Source of the DNA: Phaeosaccion multiseriatum
Lineage: Eukaryota; Protista; Ochrophyta, other classes
Direction of reading: 5' to 3'
NCBI GenBank assembly: GCA_965112735.1
Contig: OZ218950.1
Span: 1,550,001-1,614,000, forward strand
Length of the DNA stretch: 64,000 bases
Shown here one piece after another: positions 39,701 to 51,411 of this stretch; position 1 is the stretch's first letter; each line of letters begins with the position of its first letter. Under the pieces are notes generated by a model that was not told where the DNA came from, made no database searches, and was given only the letters and a program-made list of their open reading frames with translations. A program made the translations under genes and the position numbers.

Positions 39701-42472
39701 CCGTATTAGGAGTTTTAGTATAACGACGGAAGAGCTGCCCACCTCTAGCCCCTCTTGAAACTCTCGTTAACCCCTCGTGCGTGTGCGTGGGTGTCCTCCT
39801 CCTCCTCCCTCCTCCTCCTCCTCCTCCTCCTCTTCCTCCTCCTCCCTCCTCCTCCTCCTCCTCCTCCTCCTCCTCCTCCTCCTCCTCCTCCTCCTCCTCC
39901 TCCTCCTCCTCCTCCTCCCCCTCTATTGCAGCAACGAGTGAGCCACTCCCCCTTCGGAGCTGCTCTTGCCCACCCCACGGCACAGGGCCTCCCTGCATCT
40001 GTCAACTGCGTGCATCGCACCACAGTCGTGCATAGGCAGTCCGCTGAAAGTGAGTGAGTGAGTGAGTGAGTGAGTATGTGGATGGATGGGTTGGCCACGT
40101 GGTCGGTGTACGCTTTCTCTCTCTATGCTCCCTCTCTATTCTCTTTTCTCTCTCTCTCGCCCTCTCTCTGGCCTCTCTCTGGTTCTCCAATGTTTTGCCT
40201 TTCCCCACTACCCTACCCCCCTTGCTCACCCCCTCCTATTTGCCTTCCTCCACCCTTTGCCCCTTCTCACCCTGCTCGACACCCACCCACTCAACACCCC
40301 ACCCACCCACCCCCCAGCTTTGCACCTTGCCAGCAAGAGGGACGTGCATGTGAATCACTGTCAAGAGGCCCACATTTACCTCCTCAGTCCCTTCCGACAC
40401 GCCACTGTGCTGGGCTGTGTGGACTGCACCATTGTCTTGGGGGCCGTGGGAGGCCTGGTCAGAGTGGTGAGTGAGTCAGTCAGTGAGTGAGTGAAGAACC
40501 GAAAGGACACTGGGTGGACCTCAGACCCTTTCCCCCCCCCGTGTGTGTGTTGTGTGGTGGTTGAGTGCGTGTGCCTTACTGTCTCTCTCTCCTCCGTTCT
40601 CCCTCGTTCCCTCCCTCCCTCCCTCCCTCCCCATGCCTCTTCTCTTGACACAGATGGAATGCGCACGTGTGAAGCTCGTGACATGCTGTCGGAGGATCAC
40701 CGTCACCAACTGTTTGGTACGTTACTTACGTACCTGTCCACGGCTACCAAGCGCGCTCCAAGCGGACTCGACTCGTACCACACACATACACTCGTTCCTG
40801 CAGCTTATCTCTCTCTCTTTCTTACTTGCTGTTTACATGCCTGCCTTCGTCCTATTCCCCCCCCCCCCCCCCATGTTGCAACCAATCAACCGACCGATAT
40901 ATCCATCGATGATGATGATGATGATGGTGGATGATGATGATTGCACAGGATTGCACCTTCTTCACCTTCGCAGGCGCCAACCCTGTCCTGTCTGGCGACA
41001 GCCGGGGCTGCCACTTCGCCCCCTACAACACCACATACCCCTCTCTCCCGGAGCATCTTAGGTGAGTACCATGTGTGGGTCCTTGCTGCGTGCTCCGTGC
41101 TCCTTGCCCCGTTAGGTGTGTTTGTTCGCTCTGCTTTGGCTGCCATCGCTCCTTCTCCTCTCCCGAGGGGTCACAACAGTCTCGAGTCATCCTATGCTTA
41201 GACTGCCTCCTCCTTGTACTTCCTGTTACCCCGCTACCTCTCCCTCTCTCTGTGTGTATGTATGTGCTTCGGCAGTCGCCAAACGCAAGTAGCCGCCGAC
41301 CTATCCCCTCTCTCTCTCTGTGTTTGTTGTCTCTCTCTCTCTGACCCTTTGTCCTTCCCTCTCTCTTCCTCTCTCTTATCATATCCCCAGAGCTGTAAAT
41401 TTGCCCGACGCCTGCCCCCCCGCCATAAACCTTTGGGACTCCCCCATTGACTTAGACAACTGGGGATTGACAGGTGCGTGTATGAGTACCACTACCACCA
41501 CCACTAACACCAGCACGCCCACCACCACTAACACCAGCACCGCCGCCGCCACCACCACCACCACCACCACCACCACCACCACCACCACCACTACCACCAC
41601 CACCACCACCCCACAGGCTTTAGCGAGGGTGTAGGGGAGCTGTCAAGCAGCGGCAGTAAGCGGCGGAAAGGGGGGGCAGGAAAGGGTACGGGAGGAGGCA
41701 CCACCCCCGACAGCAAGGACAACAGCACAGATAGCAACACAAAGGGAGGAGGCAAGGGAGGAGGAGGAGCAGGAGACGGCAGCCCACCGAGTAGCAGCCC
41801 CAGTAGCACTTGCTTGAGCGCCAGCCCCACCCTTCTCTCTCCCGAGCACTTCTACCGGCTGACTGTGCCGGTGGCGGCCGGTCCGGAGGAGGAGGTGGTG
41901 GACTACCCCTTTAAGCTTCCCTCAGCCTATGCCGCGGCTTTGCGCAAGCGGGAGGCAGCGGTGGAAGAGATTCAGAACGCCATTTCAGGTAACGGGGTTT
42001 GTTGCATGCGTATCTGTATACTTTGAGGGTGAGAGTAAGAGTAAGAGCCCGGATGACTGATTGGTATACCTCCCTCCCTCCCTCCCTCCCTCCCTCCCTC
42101 CCTTCCTCCCTCCCTCCCTTCCTCCCTCCCTCCCTCCCTCCCTCCCTCCGTCCCTCCCTCCCTCCCTCCGTCCCTCCTTCCCTCCCTCCCTCCCTCCCTC
42201 CCTCCCTCCCTCCCTCCCTCCCTCCCTCCCTCCCTCCCTCCCCCCTCCCTCTCTCTCCCTCCCTCCACTCAGACGCGGAGCTGAGTCCCCAGCAGCAGAA
42301 GGACCTGGAGGATGTGGTGCGAGCCAAGTTCACAGAGTGGTTGTGCAGCACGGGCACTCTCCGGCAGGTGCTGGACTTGGTGCACCTTGAGAAGGGACAC
42401 ATGCCCAACCCTAGCGGCAACAGCAACAGTAATAGTAATAGCAGTAGCAACCTCAGCAGCAAAGGACCATAG
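36780..42472 (+). CDS. TBCCD1: TBCC domain-containing protein 1
   Basis: N-terminus MVRLWLRNEVF; TBCC beta-helix VHVNHCQEAHIYLLSPFRHATVLGCVDCTIVLGAV, CARVKLVTCCRRITVTNCL|DCTFF..NPVLSGD..FAPYNTTY; NLWDSP; PFKLPSAY; KFTEWLCSTGTLRQVLDL. Confidence 0.9.
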
Positions 42473-42610
42473 CAGCAGCAGGAGCAGCAGCAAAAGGGCC
42501 ATAGTAGTAGTAGGAGGAGGAGCAGCAACAGCAAAGAACGGCCATAGTGGTAGCAGCAGCAGCAGCAGCAGCAACAGAAGCAGCAGCAACAGCAACAGCA
42601 GCAGCAGAAG

Positions 42611-42642
<32 letters not shown>

Positions 42643-43552
42643 GCAGCAGTAGAAGCCGCAGCAACAAAGGACCATTGTAGGTCAAGGGTTGGGTCCGGTG
42701 AGACTTCGGTGGTCGCACGTCTACGGACGGACGGAATGGCCGAAAGCGGAGCAAACCTCCATGTAGCAAGCCCTTGCTTGTCGTGGAGGGAGAGAGAGAG
42801 AGAGATGGCGCGGCATGGCATGGCGTGGCGTGCCGATGTGAATATACAAGGGGCAGCCCGAGAGAGGGGGAGGAGGGAGGTGATGCGCTTCATTCACCTC
42901 CCTCCGAGCGGCAGAGCGGGCCTCCTGGCCTTAGACCAACCTGAAGGGTCTGGAGGGGAGAGGCGCTGGAGGTGTCTTTTAAACAAGAATGAATGAACGC
43001 CGTCTTACCCATCACACAGACAGTCCCGTTCTTTATGCTCTGATGCGTGCGCACAACAATGCTTTGACATACATAAGCAACATGACTGCATGCACAGCAA
43101 GCATCCTTAGTGTGGGGAGAGAGCGAGAGACATGGATCATGCCCTTTGGAATGAGGAATATGTTAAGCTTCATTATGTGTACGTTAAGGTTGGGGTGGGT
43201 GAAGAACCAACGCACACCAACCAACCAACCTCCCTACTTCCTTCTCTAATGCCCACAGCAATGGTAAGCTCCTGTCGCTCCAGTCAGTCAGTCTCCCCCC
43301 CCCCACCTCACGCGCCTCGCTCATTCTCGTTCTCTCTCTACCCACCCGTTCTTCATACTCGAACCGGGGCCAAGAAAAGAAGATTATGTCAGGGGGAGAG
43401 TTTCTTAAACTTTGTGTGTGTGTATGTGTGTGTGTGTGGCGGTGTGACGGTAGCGAACGTCTGTTTCTCGAGAGCGAATCTCTCAATATCACTAACTGTG
43501 ACAGCTGAGGTGAGCGCTACTTGTCGGCGGCGCTCCCCCTCCCTCCCTCCTC

Positions 43553-44808
43553 TTATGGCAACAATGACATCTTTTCAACAGCAGCCTCCGTTGCTGAAGC
43601 ATCCAACGGTGATGACATCGGGTCAGCCTGGTCTTCGTCCACTGCCGTTCCTCGACTTTGGCTTGCCCTCTTCTCCCCCAGCGGCGCCCTTCCTTCTTCT
43701 CCCCCCCCCCCCCCTTCCCCTCCTCCTCCTCCTCCTCCTCCTCCTGCTGCTGCTTTTGCTGCTGCTTCCCCTGCTAGGATCTCCATTTGTTCCATGGGGA
43801 CCACCTTTGCGTTTGACTTCTTCTTCGCGCCCCCCCCCCCTGCGACTCTCTTGACCTCCGCTGCAGCACTGTCCAACACAACCTTCTTTGCCGCTTTTGC
43901 CGAGATCTGCTGCAGGGTCTTGTCTCTCTTATCTCGATGGGTTTGGTCGGCCCCCATGGCCAGCAGCACACTCACACAGTGGGCCTCGTTCTTGGAGGCC
44001 GCGTGAAAGACTGGGGTCCAATGGTCGTTATCTTGCGCTTCCAGGAGTGACCCCGCTTCCACCAACATGGTACACGCCTTGTCTTTCCCCTGCATTGCCG
44101 CCGTGTGTAACGGTGTGAGGCCATCATTGTCGGCCACTTCGAGGCCTGCTCCATGCTTGATGAGCAGCTCTATTAACTCCTTGTGCCCCTCGAAGGCTGC
44201 CCAGTGCAACGGGCTGCTATTGCTCCAGTCTCTGGCATTGACATCGGCCCCGCGCCCGATAAAGAGCTGCGCAAGCTCCATGTTGCCACGTAGGACACAC
44301 CAATGCAGAGGGGTGCAGCTAATTTCGTCTCTACAGTCGACAGGCACCCCGTTTTCAAAGTGTTGTAAGACGGAGTCCGTACTTCCATTCTGGGGCCGCG
44401 GGTGGACGGAGAGGAAGAAGGCGAGAAGGGGGATGGGGGAGGGGGGGTTCTGGTAAGAACAAAAAAAAAAAAACTCACTGCCAGTCGCATTCTTCGTTGT
44501 GCCAAATCCACGTCGTTACCAACACACAGGCCTTCCTTCCTTCCCTCTTGTGTGTGTCTCTTGGTCCATGTTTTGCATAGTAGAGTGTAAGAGTGTTGGC
44601 TACATGTCGCTCCTCCGCCTTTTTCCTCTATGTTTATCACTTCTCTCAGTCCATCGCTTGCGCTGCTGTGTCTTCTCTCCCTCTCTTTGCTCACCTTCAC
44701 AGCCTCGTGTATGCCCAAGGCCAGCTCCGTGGAGAAGCCATCCGTCCCCAAAGGAATGCCCGTGACATTCGCGATGGACCTCCGAACTTCGCCTATTACC
44801 CCGATCAT
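43553..44808 (-). CDS. Small ankyrin-repeat protein (4-5 repeats)
   Basis: Exon 44808 to about 44695 splices to 44389-43553: TPLHWCVLRG, SPLHWAAFEG, TPLHTAAMQG, TPVFHAASKN. The 5' end is uncertain. Confidence 0.8.
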
Positions 44809-45458
44809 GGCTGCTGCGGAAGAACGTCGCCGACCAGCAGGGGCCCCAGCGGGCGTCGCTTCAGAGGCAGGAGCCACGGTGGCACCTCGCGTCCAGCACG
44901 TTTGCGTCTTGTCCTTCTCACCCCTCCCTCCCCCTCCCACTGTGTTGCTTTGGCTGAGCTGATCCTGCTACCAGTGTCCGTGGTCTTCCCTCAGGTCCCC
45001 TTCTTTTCTTCTCTTTGCACTGCCGCCCCTGCTCTGCTCCTCCTCCTGCCCGCTGCTGCTGGTGAGGCTGCTGCTGCTCGTCTCCCTCCAGCAACTCTTC
45101 TACTGCTGTCCCACCTCCTCAAGTGACGCAATGGATGATCGCGGCGGGGGATAGCCCGCCCCTTCTCCCCATCCGGGCAGCTAGTCCTAGTCTGTGGGAC
45201 GGGATCAAGCTGCACGTCAACCCTTTCAGCACTCACTCATCCCTGCCTCCTCGTCAAGCAGACCTCGCACCTCTAATTCAGCGCCCCCACCCAATCAGTT
45301 TACGGCAGCTACAGTGGCTGTGGCTGTGCTCTTTCTCAGCTTTTTTTCTCTTCTAAAGGGGAGGTTGCTGCTGTGACAGAAAGTTGTGGTCGAGTAACAG
45401 CAAACCCAGGGGGGGCGCCACCCTAAAACTCAAACTACCCAACCTCTTTTTTTTATTT

Positions 45459-45718
45459 CTGACATGCTTCTGAAACCAAGCTACAATTGTATTCCAGGGT
45501 TCTGGGGGAAAGCCATGTAATAAGGCAATGATGAGGGCCAAGGCTGGTTCCTGCTTCTGGCCGGCGCCAGCCGGCCTGCTCCCTGCTTCTGGGCTGGCCT
45601 GTCTCAGAAGCATGTCAGGGGCCGACAACTTAAAAGGCCCAGGTTCCAGGTTCTGGAATAATGAGGGCCAGGTTCCAGGTTCTGGCCTGGGTCGCCTCAG
45701 AACCTTGTCAGGGGCCGA
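45459..45718. mobile_element. Remnants of MITE-like TIR elements (TCGGCCCCTGAC-ended family)
   Basis: 15-bp inverted repeat CTGACATGCTTCTGA (45459-45473) / TCAGAAGCATGTCAG (45604-45618). Two ends GTCAGGGGCCGA finish at 45625 and 45718. About 45666-45719 recurs inverted at about 61833-61886. Confidence 0.65.
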
Positions 45719-45731
45719 CAGGCTCTTCGTC

Positions 45732-47880
45732 TCAGAGGAAACCAGAAGGAGAGAAGCCACGAAGCTGTAGCACGGCGACTGCCTGCTGGCCCAAGCCTGA
45801 CTCGTCCAGCGCTACTCGACACACGTGCCCCAGGCGCTCTCCCCGCCGCGACACCTTTTCCACGCACGCCCACACGTCCACCAGCTTGCCTACAGCAGCA
45901 TCAGCAGCAGTTGGCGATACAGCAGGTTGGCCCGGGTCGTCGCCAGGGCAAGCCCCCAAGCCCTCAACCGCCACGAGCTGGGCCATTTGCTGCAGCAAGT
46001 GCGCCACGTAGGCGTCTGCAAAGCCATGGTGCAGGTACGACACTTCCGTCAGCAGCCAAGGACCCGCGTCCCAGCACCAAGGACCGCTCTGCTCTTTCCC
46101 CATCTTCTTTGATCCATTCCTTGATGAGGCGTGGGTGCCCTTTTTGCTGCCGCTGTGAGGAGCAGGAAGAAGGCACCGGATGACTGCGGCCGCGATATGC
46201 CGAACGGCCTGCGCCTCTCCACTTGCTTGACTTGGGCTCCCTGCTGCTGATGCTGTTGCTGCTCCTGCTGCTGTCCTCTTGCGAGGACTACCACGCTGCC
46301 ACTGGTTGTCGTCGTAACCCCCCCCCGCTGCACCTCTCGCTACTAGTGCTAAAGGCTCCGGCTCCGTCGTCCCGGGTGCTTCCTCTTCAGCTGCATTGCC
46401 GCGCTCTCCCGCATCGAGCAGCAGCAGCAGCAGCACTTCAACGGCGTTGCGGTCTTGGCGAGCAGCCTTCTCCACCTCGCCGAGAAGTTTGGCTACCCTG
46501 TCCGCCTTCATGCCAGCGCCGACTCCGCTATCACGAGCACCACCCGCACTTCCTCCTCCTCCTCCTCCTCCTCCTCCACCAGCAGCAGCAGCAGCAGCAG
46601 CCTGGCTCAGACGTTCTTCCTCGTCCTTGACATACGAGTGCACAAGAAGATCCATGAGATCCCTAGCGTACGCTTTCCAATGCGCTGTGGAAATGCTGAG
46701 CTCATAGTCAGAGAAGCCCTGTCCTCCACACGCTGCGGCGGAGTGGCAGTGACAAGAGCAGTTCTTGCTACGGTGCTTGCGTTTACGGCGACGACTACCA
46801 CTACGGCTCCACCTCCTGGTTCCGCTGTCATCGTCATCGCTCCCTCCGATCACCGTTGTCACCGCCTCTTGACGACGACGGCGCTTGCGAGGCGAGGAGG
46901 ACCTGACTGCGCCCTTACCGACCCGCTCCTCTTTTCGACACTGCCCTCCTTGCCCATCCTTCCCCTGCACTTCGTCCTCTTCCATCCTCCTCTGCTGCAA
47001 TCGCTCTACTCTTCCGGGGCTACCGCAGCCAAAGCGCTGGCAATCATCCCGAAGCACCTCTGTCAAACCGCTGCATATATCCGACAGCACTTCGGTACCC
47101 GCCCGAGCAGACACGACTTCACCCACGTCAAGAGAAAAGGCCCTCATCCCAGCTTCTGCTGTTTTATATGCTCCATCCCCCCTCGCTTCAGCAGCTCCAT
47201 CTCCATCCGGAGGCGAAAGCTTTTGGTACTCTGCCATGACCCATCGGAGGAGGCGTTTGGGTCGAGGATGGTCGAGAAGGAAGGGGCTATGGCATATACA
47301 GGCCAGTACCCAGCGTCGGGAGTGCAAAAGACGAGCCACGGTCACATTGTAGGGTGGGCGACGGTCTGGGCGAGCGAGAGAGAGAGAGGACGGGAGAGAG
47401 AGGTAGGGTGGGAGAGAGAGAGAGAGAGAGGGAGGCAGAGGGAGAGCGGGGGAGCGAGAGAGAGAGAAGAGAAGAAGACAGAAAGAGAGAGAGGGGGGGA
47501 GCGGGAGAAAGAGCGGTCACGATACGACATCCACTGAGGCTGGTGGTCCACAGGGATCCTTGTGCCGAGGTGGGGAGGACAGGGAAATGACAAGGGCCTC
47601 ACCCACCTGCGTGCCTGGCGTCGATGCTCGCCTGCAGCACGCGAAGCTGCCCCTGTTGCTCCTCCGGCGTCCCTGCGATCAGGCCAAGGGCATGTTCGAT
47701 GTACAAGGCCCAGCCCATGGCCCTTGTGACGGTGTTCTTGTCGAACTGTAGCAGCTTGGGGCTCAGCGTCAAGTCCACGATACTCGCCAACGTGCCCACC
47801 TGTTGCAGCAGGGTGGACAGAGGAGCGCTGGGGTGGTTCCATAAGGTATGAATCTCCTGCTCTTCTGCCTCTCGTGTCAT
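45732..47880 (-). CDS. FANCF: Fanconi anemia group F (FANCF)-like protein (2 exons)
   Basis: Exons 47880-47607 and 47365-45732 join in phase. N-terminal LLQQVGTLASIVDLTLSPKLLQFDKNTVTRAMGWALYIEH resembles the FANCF N-terminal motif (..WDxxTVxRALxWAxY..); LLTEVSYLHHGFADAYVAHL resembles the C-terminal helical motif. From recall only. Confidence 0.6.
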
Positions 47881-48055
47881 CCCGTTGTCGGCCCGTTGTC
47901 AAGAGGGATGTTGATCCAGATCCAAGAACAAGGAGCGGAGGTCGCCGCCAACTGTGGGCTCTGGACGAAGAACATGCCTGGATCATTGCCCTTGAGAGGG
48001 GGCACTTTCGTGACGATGGGCGAGAGGCTGATATGATCGTATTAGACGTACTCTA

Positions 48056-50264
48056 ATGCTGCGGAATGAGAAGAAGAAACTTCCATTCCGGCTCTTGCCG
48101 CTTCTGCTTCTCGCGTGCTGTGGGGCTCTCCTGTTATTCGCGCTGGCGATGATGCCGGGTGAGCGCCACCCTGCCGAGATCGAAAATGAAGTCGGAGAAG
48201 GAGGAGGAGGACGCAAAGATGTGTCACTTCAGCGCGGAAGTGAGGGTGATGAGGGGAAGTCAGATCAAGCCCTTCCCCACTATGATATGGTCGTTGCGAT
48301 ATTTCTGGAAGGGTACGGCGCGAAGGTCCCCTTGCGCGCTCGGCGGGAGCACCAGGCAAGGGAGAAACGTGTTCGAGAGATTTACGGGCGCTACTCTGGC
48401 CTCACCGATAACCCAGGAGAGGGAAAGCCTCCCCTGGGCGGCGTGGTAGAAGCGGCAATGGACAAGTGGGGTACAGTGGGCCCACCAAAGGGCACAAAAG
48501 GGTGGACGTTCAGGGTAGTGATGGTGATCGATAGCAAGACGGCTGGCGTGGGCGCGGTTGGCCCGGGAGGGAGGCTGGAGGGAGACCACTACTACGTGGA
48601 TGTGCGGCCCGGATTTGAGCACATCAACGAAAAGACGCTAGCGATGGTGTCTCTTGTGGAGCACTTGGACTTCCGCTTCCTCGTCAAGGCAGACTACGAC
48701 ACCTTCCCCTGCCTGGGCCGAGTAGTGCAGGTGAACGAGAGTTGCAGAAGGGAGTGTGGGGCGGGCGGGCGGGCGGGCAGGAGGCTCTTGAGGGCAACGA
48801 AACCTCTTCTATTCTACTCCTCTGCCTCTAAAGCGCTAGAATGACGCACTTCTCCCCCAGCTCCTTACCTCTACATGCACACTCGCCCACGAGGTCATGC
48901 ACGCACCCACCCACCGCCCCTCCTACCACTTGCCTGCCTGCCTGTCTCTGCCCGCCATAGGACTTGGCGAGGGAGAGCGCCGCCGACCAGCGCCGCGTGT
49001 ACGCCGGGCTGCTGAACAAGTGCGGCACCGTGTTCAAGGAGGGCGAGCGGCTGTTCGACAAGGCCTTCGTTGAGGCCACAGGGGGCGTGCTGCAGTGCCA
49101 CCCAATGTACCATCAGGGCGCCTTTTACATCCTCGGGACGGAGCTGGTGCAGTTCATTTACAGGTGTGCGTGTGTGTGCGTGTGTGTGCGTGTGTGTGCG
49201 TGTGTGTGTGTGTGCGTGCGTATGTGTGTGTATGTGTGCGTGCGTATGTGTATGTGTGCGTGAGTATGTGTGTATGTTTGTGTTTGGGACGAGGGGGAGG
49301 TCGTGGGATCTGGGACGTTTTGAGGCGTTTTTGGGCTTTCCCCTACAGACGGGAGAAGTGAAATGCACCATTAGTGTTCTCTCTCCAGGATATGCTTGTT
49401 TTACACCTGCTGTCCCTCCCTCCCCTCCTCCTCCTCCTCCTCCTCCTCCTCCTCCTCCTCCTCCTCCTCCTCCTCCTCCTCCTCCTCCTCCTCCTCCTCC
49501 TCCTCTTCCTCCTCGTCCTCCTCCTCCTCCTCCTCCTCCTCCTCCTCCTCCTCCTCCTCCTCCTCCTCCTCCTCCTCCTCCTCCTCCTCCTCCTCCTCCT
49601 CCTCCTCCTCCTCCTCCTCCTCCTCCTCCTCCTCCTCCTCCTCCTCCTCCTCCTCCTCCTCCTCCTCCTCCTCCTCCTCCTCCTCCTCCTCCTCCTCCTC
49701 CTCCTCCTCCTCCTCCTCCTCCTCCTCCTCCTCCTCCTCCTCCTCCTCCTCCTCCTCCTCCTCCTCCTCCTCCTCCTCCTCCTCCTCCTCCTCCTCCTCC
49801 TCCTCCTCCTCCTCCTCCTCCTCCTCCTCCTCCTCCTCCTCCTCCTCCTCCTCCTCCTCCTCCTCCTCCTCCTCCTCCTCCTCCTCCTCCTCCTCCTCCT
49901 CCTCCTCCTCCTCCTCCTCCTCCTCCTCCTCCTCCTCCTCCTCCTCCTCCTCCTCCTCCTCCTCCTCCTCCTCCTCCTCCTCCTCCTCCTCCTCCTCCTC
50001 CTCCTCCTCCTCCTCCTCCTCCTCCCTTCCTCTGCTCACAGGAATCGGCTCGATTTGCAGCTCATGTTCAACGAAGACGCCATGGTGGGGCTGTGGCTAC
50101 TCTCCGTCCGCAAGAAGCTGCTGAACATGCAGGCCAACTTTTGGTGCCTGTGCGACAGAGAGGATCCCCCCACGCCGCCCCACCAGCAGCCGCTGAACTT
50201 TTACCATTCGTGTAAGACCGACGCCAAGATGGGCACATGTATCGAGCGCTTCGGGGCCTGCTAA
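48056..50264 (+). CDS. Type II membrane beta-1,3-galactosyltransferase-like glycosyltransferase (GT31)
   Basis: Exons 48056-48730, 48961-49163, 50042-50264. N-terminal TM anchor, [18 protein letters not shown] (DxD), [20 protein letters not shown]. Confidence 0.83.
49424..50025 (+). repeat. (CCT)n trinucleotide array of about 600 bp in GT31 intron 2
   Basis: About 200 near-perfect CCT units with two interruptions near 49505-49516. Confidence 0.97.
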
Positions 50265-50269
50265 GTGAG

Positions 50270-50655
50270 TGTTCTCGCGCAGCTGAGGGAGAAGGTGCTT
50301 GAGATGGTGGACAACTCTGACACCGTGCGCGACGCGGTGCTCAAGCTCATTATCTCGCAAGTGCCAGAGGATGGAGGAGGCATGGCGCTCGGCGGCAAGG
50401 TGGGCTGCGCCAGGGACCATGACGGCGGTCTTGGAATGTACAGCACGAGCGGACCGCAGAAGCACCTCCTACTACTCGCCAAGAAGCTGTGCCTCGCAGA
50501 GTACTTTAGCTTGCAATATGTCATTCTCTTCTAGCTCGACAGCGTGGAAGAGAATGACATACTGGAGGGTGAAGTATTCTGCGAGGCACAGCTTCTTGGC
50601 GAGTAGTAGGAGGTGCTTCTGCGGTCCGCTCACGAGCTGGAAGAGAATGACATAA
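50270..50655 (+). pseudogene. Coding-like gene fragment rearranged into an 85-bp-arm inverted repeat
   Basis: AQLREKVLEMVDNSDTVRDAVLKLIISQVPE..KKLCLAEYFSLQYVILF*. Arms 50447-50531 and 50547-50631; a third fragment at about 50633-50653 shows CAG where the first copy has TAG. Confidence 0.6.
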
Positions 50656-51013
50656 TACAAACCCGTGGCGTGCTCGATACCCAAAACAAGGGCAGCAATG
50701 AATAAGTATCGGTGGATTCCCGAGAAAAAAATCCCACAAGTCCCCCAGGGCCGAGCGGGTGGGGAAGAAAAACCAATCTGCTCCTGCCCAGTGCTGTTGC
50801 CACTCGCTATCAATACTCTACACGTGTCCCGCTAGCAGTCACCCTCTGGCCCTGCTCTTCCGGCCGAGACCGCCGAGACGCTGCTCCGCCGCTCCTCCCA
50901 TGATAATCATCCATGCTTGAGCAAAACCGTGGGGTACCCGTCTTCAGAAGGGCGGCGGCGTGCGTGTGTGTGTGCGTGCGTGTGTGCAACATCCCGAAAT
51001 CGTAAGCACTGGC

Positions 51014-51375
51014 GTTGGAGTGTGTGCGGGACCGCCAGGGGGGCGGTGTCGCGCGCACAAAGACGAGAAGGGCTCGGGGCCCCTCGGGAAAACGACTTGT
51101 CGCGGACTGAGCAAGGGAGGGACGATGGTCAGAAACTAGAGGTGTGGGGCGCAGGAGCATATCTCGTGTGCTTGTGGTGTGGTGTGGTGGGGATAGGTTA
51201 CAGAGGAGGATCAGCAGGAGAGGAGTAGGAGTCGCTGCCCTGAAAGCAGCTAACGCGGTGAATCTTCTCCCACCCACCCGGCCCCCCAGACTGGTATCTA
51301 CCGCGGGGAGACAGATGGGAGGGGGTTGGAGTGTGTGCGGGACCGCCAGGGGGGTGGTGTCGCACGCACAAAGAC
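51014..51375 (+). repeat. 51-bp direct repeats (each an imperfect hairpin), 311 bp apart
   Basis: GTTGGAGTGTGTGCGGGACCGCCAGGGGGG(C/T)GGTGTCGC(G/A)CGCACAAAGAC at 51014-51064 and 51325-51375. Confidence 0.85.
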
Positions 51376-51411
51376 TCGTCCTCCTCTCTGACTTTCGATT
51401 TGCGCAATAAT

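Noticed and set aside
49070-50215. Poly-Pro, poly-Leu, poly-Ser and poly-Glu ORFs
   Set aside because: They are translations of the intronic (CCT)n tract; the GT31 exons splice around it in phase.
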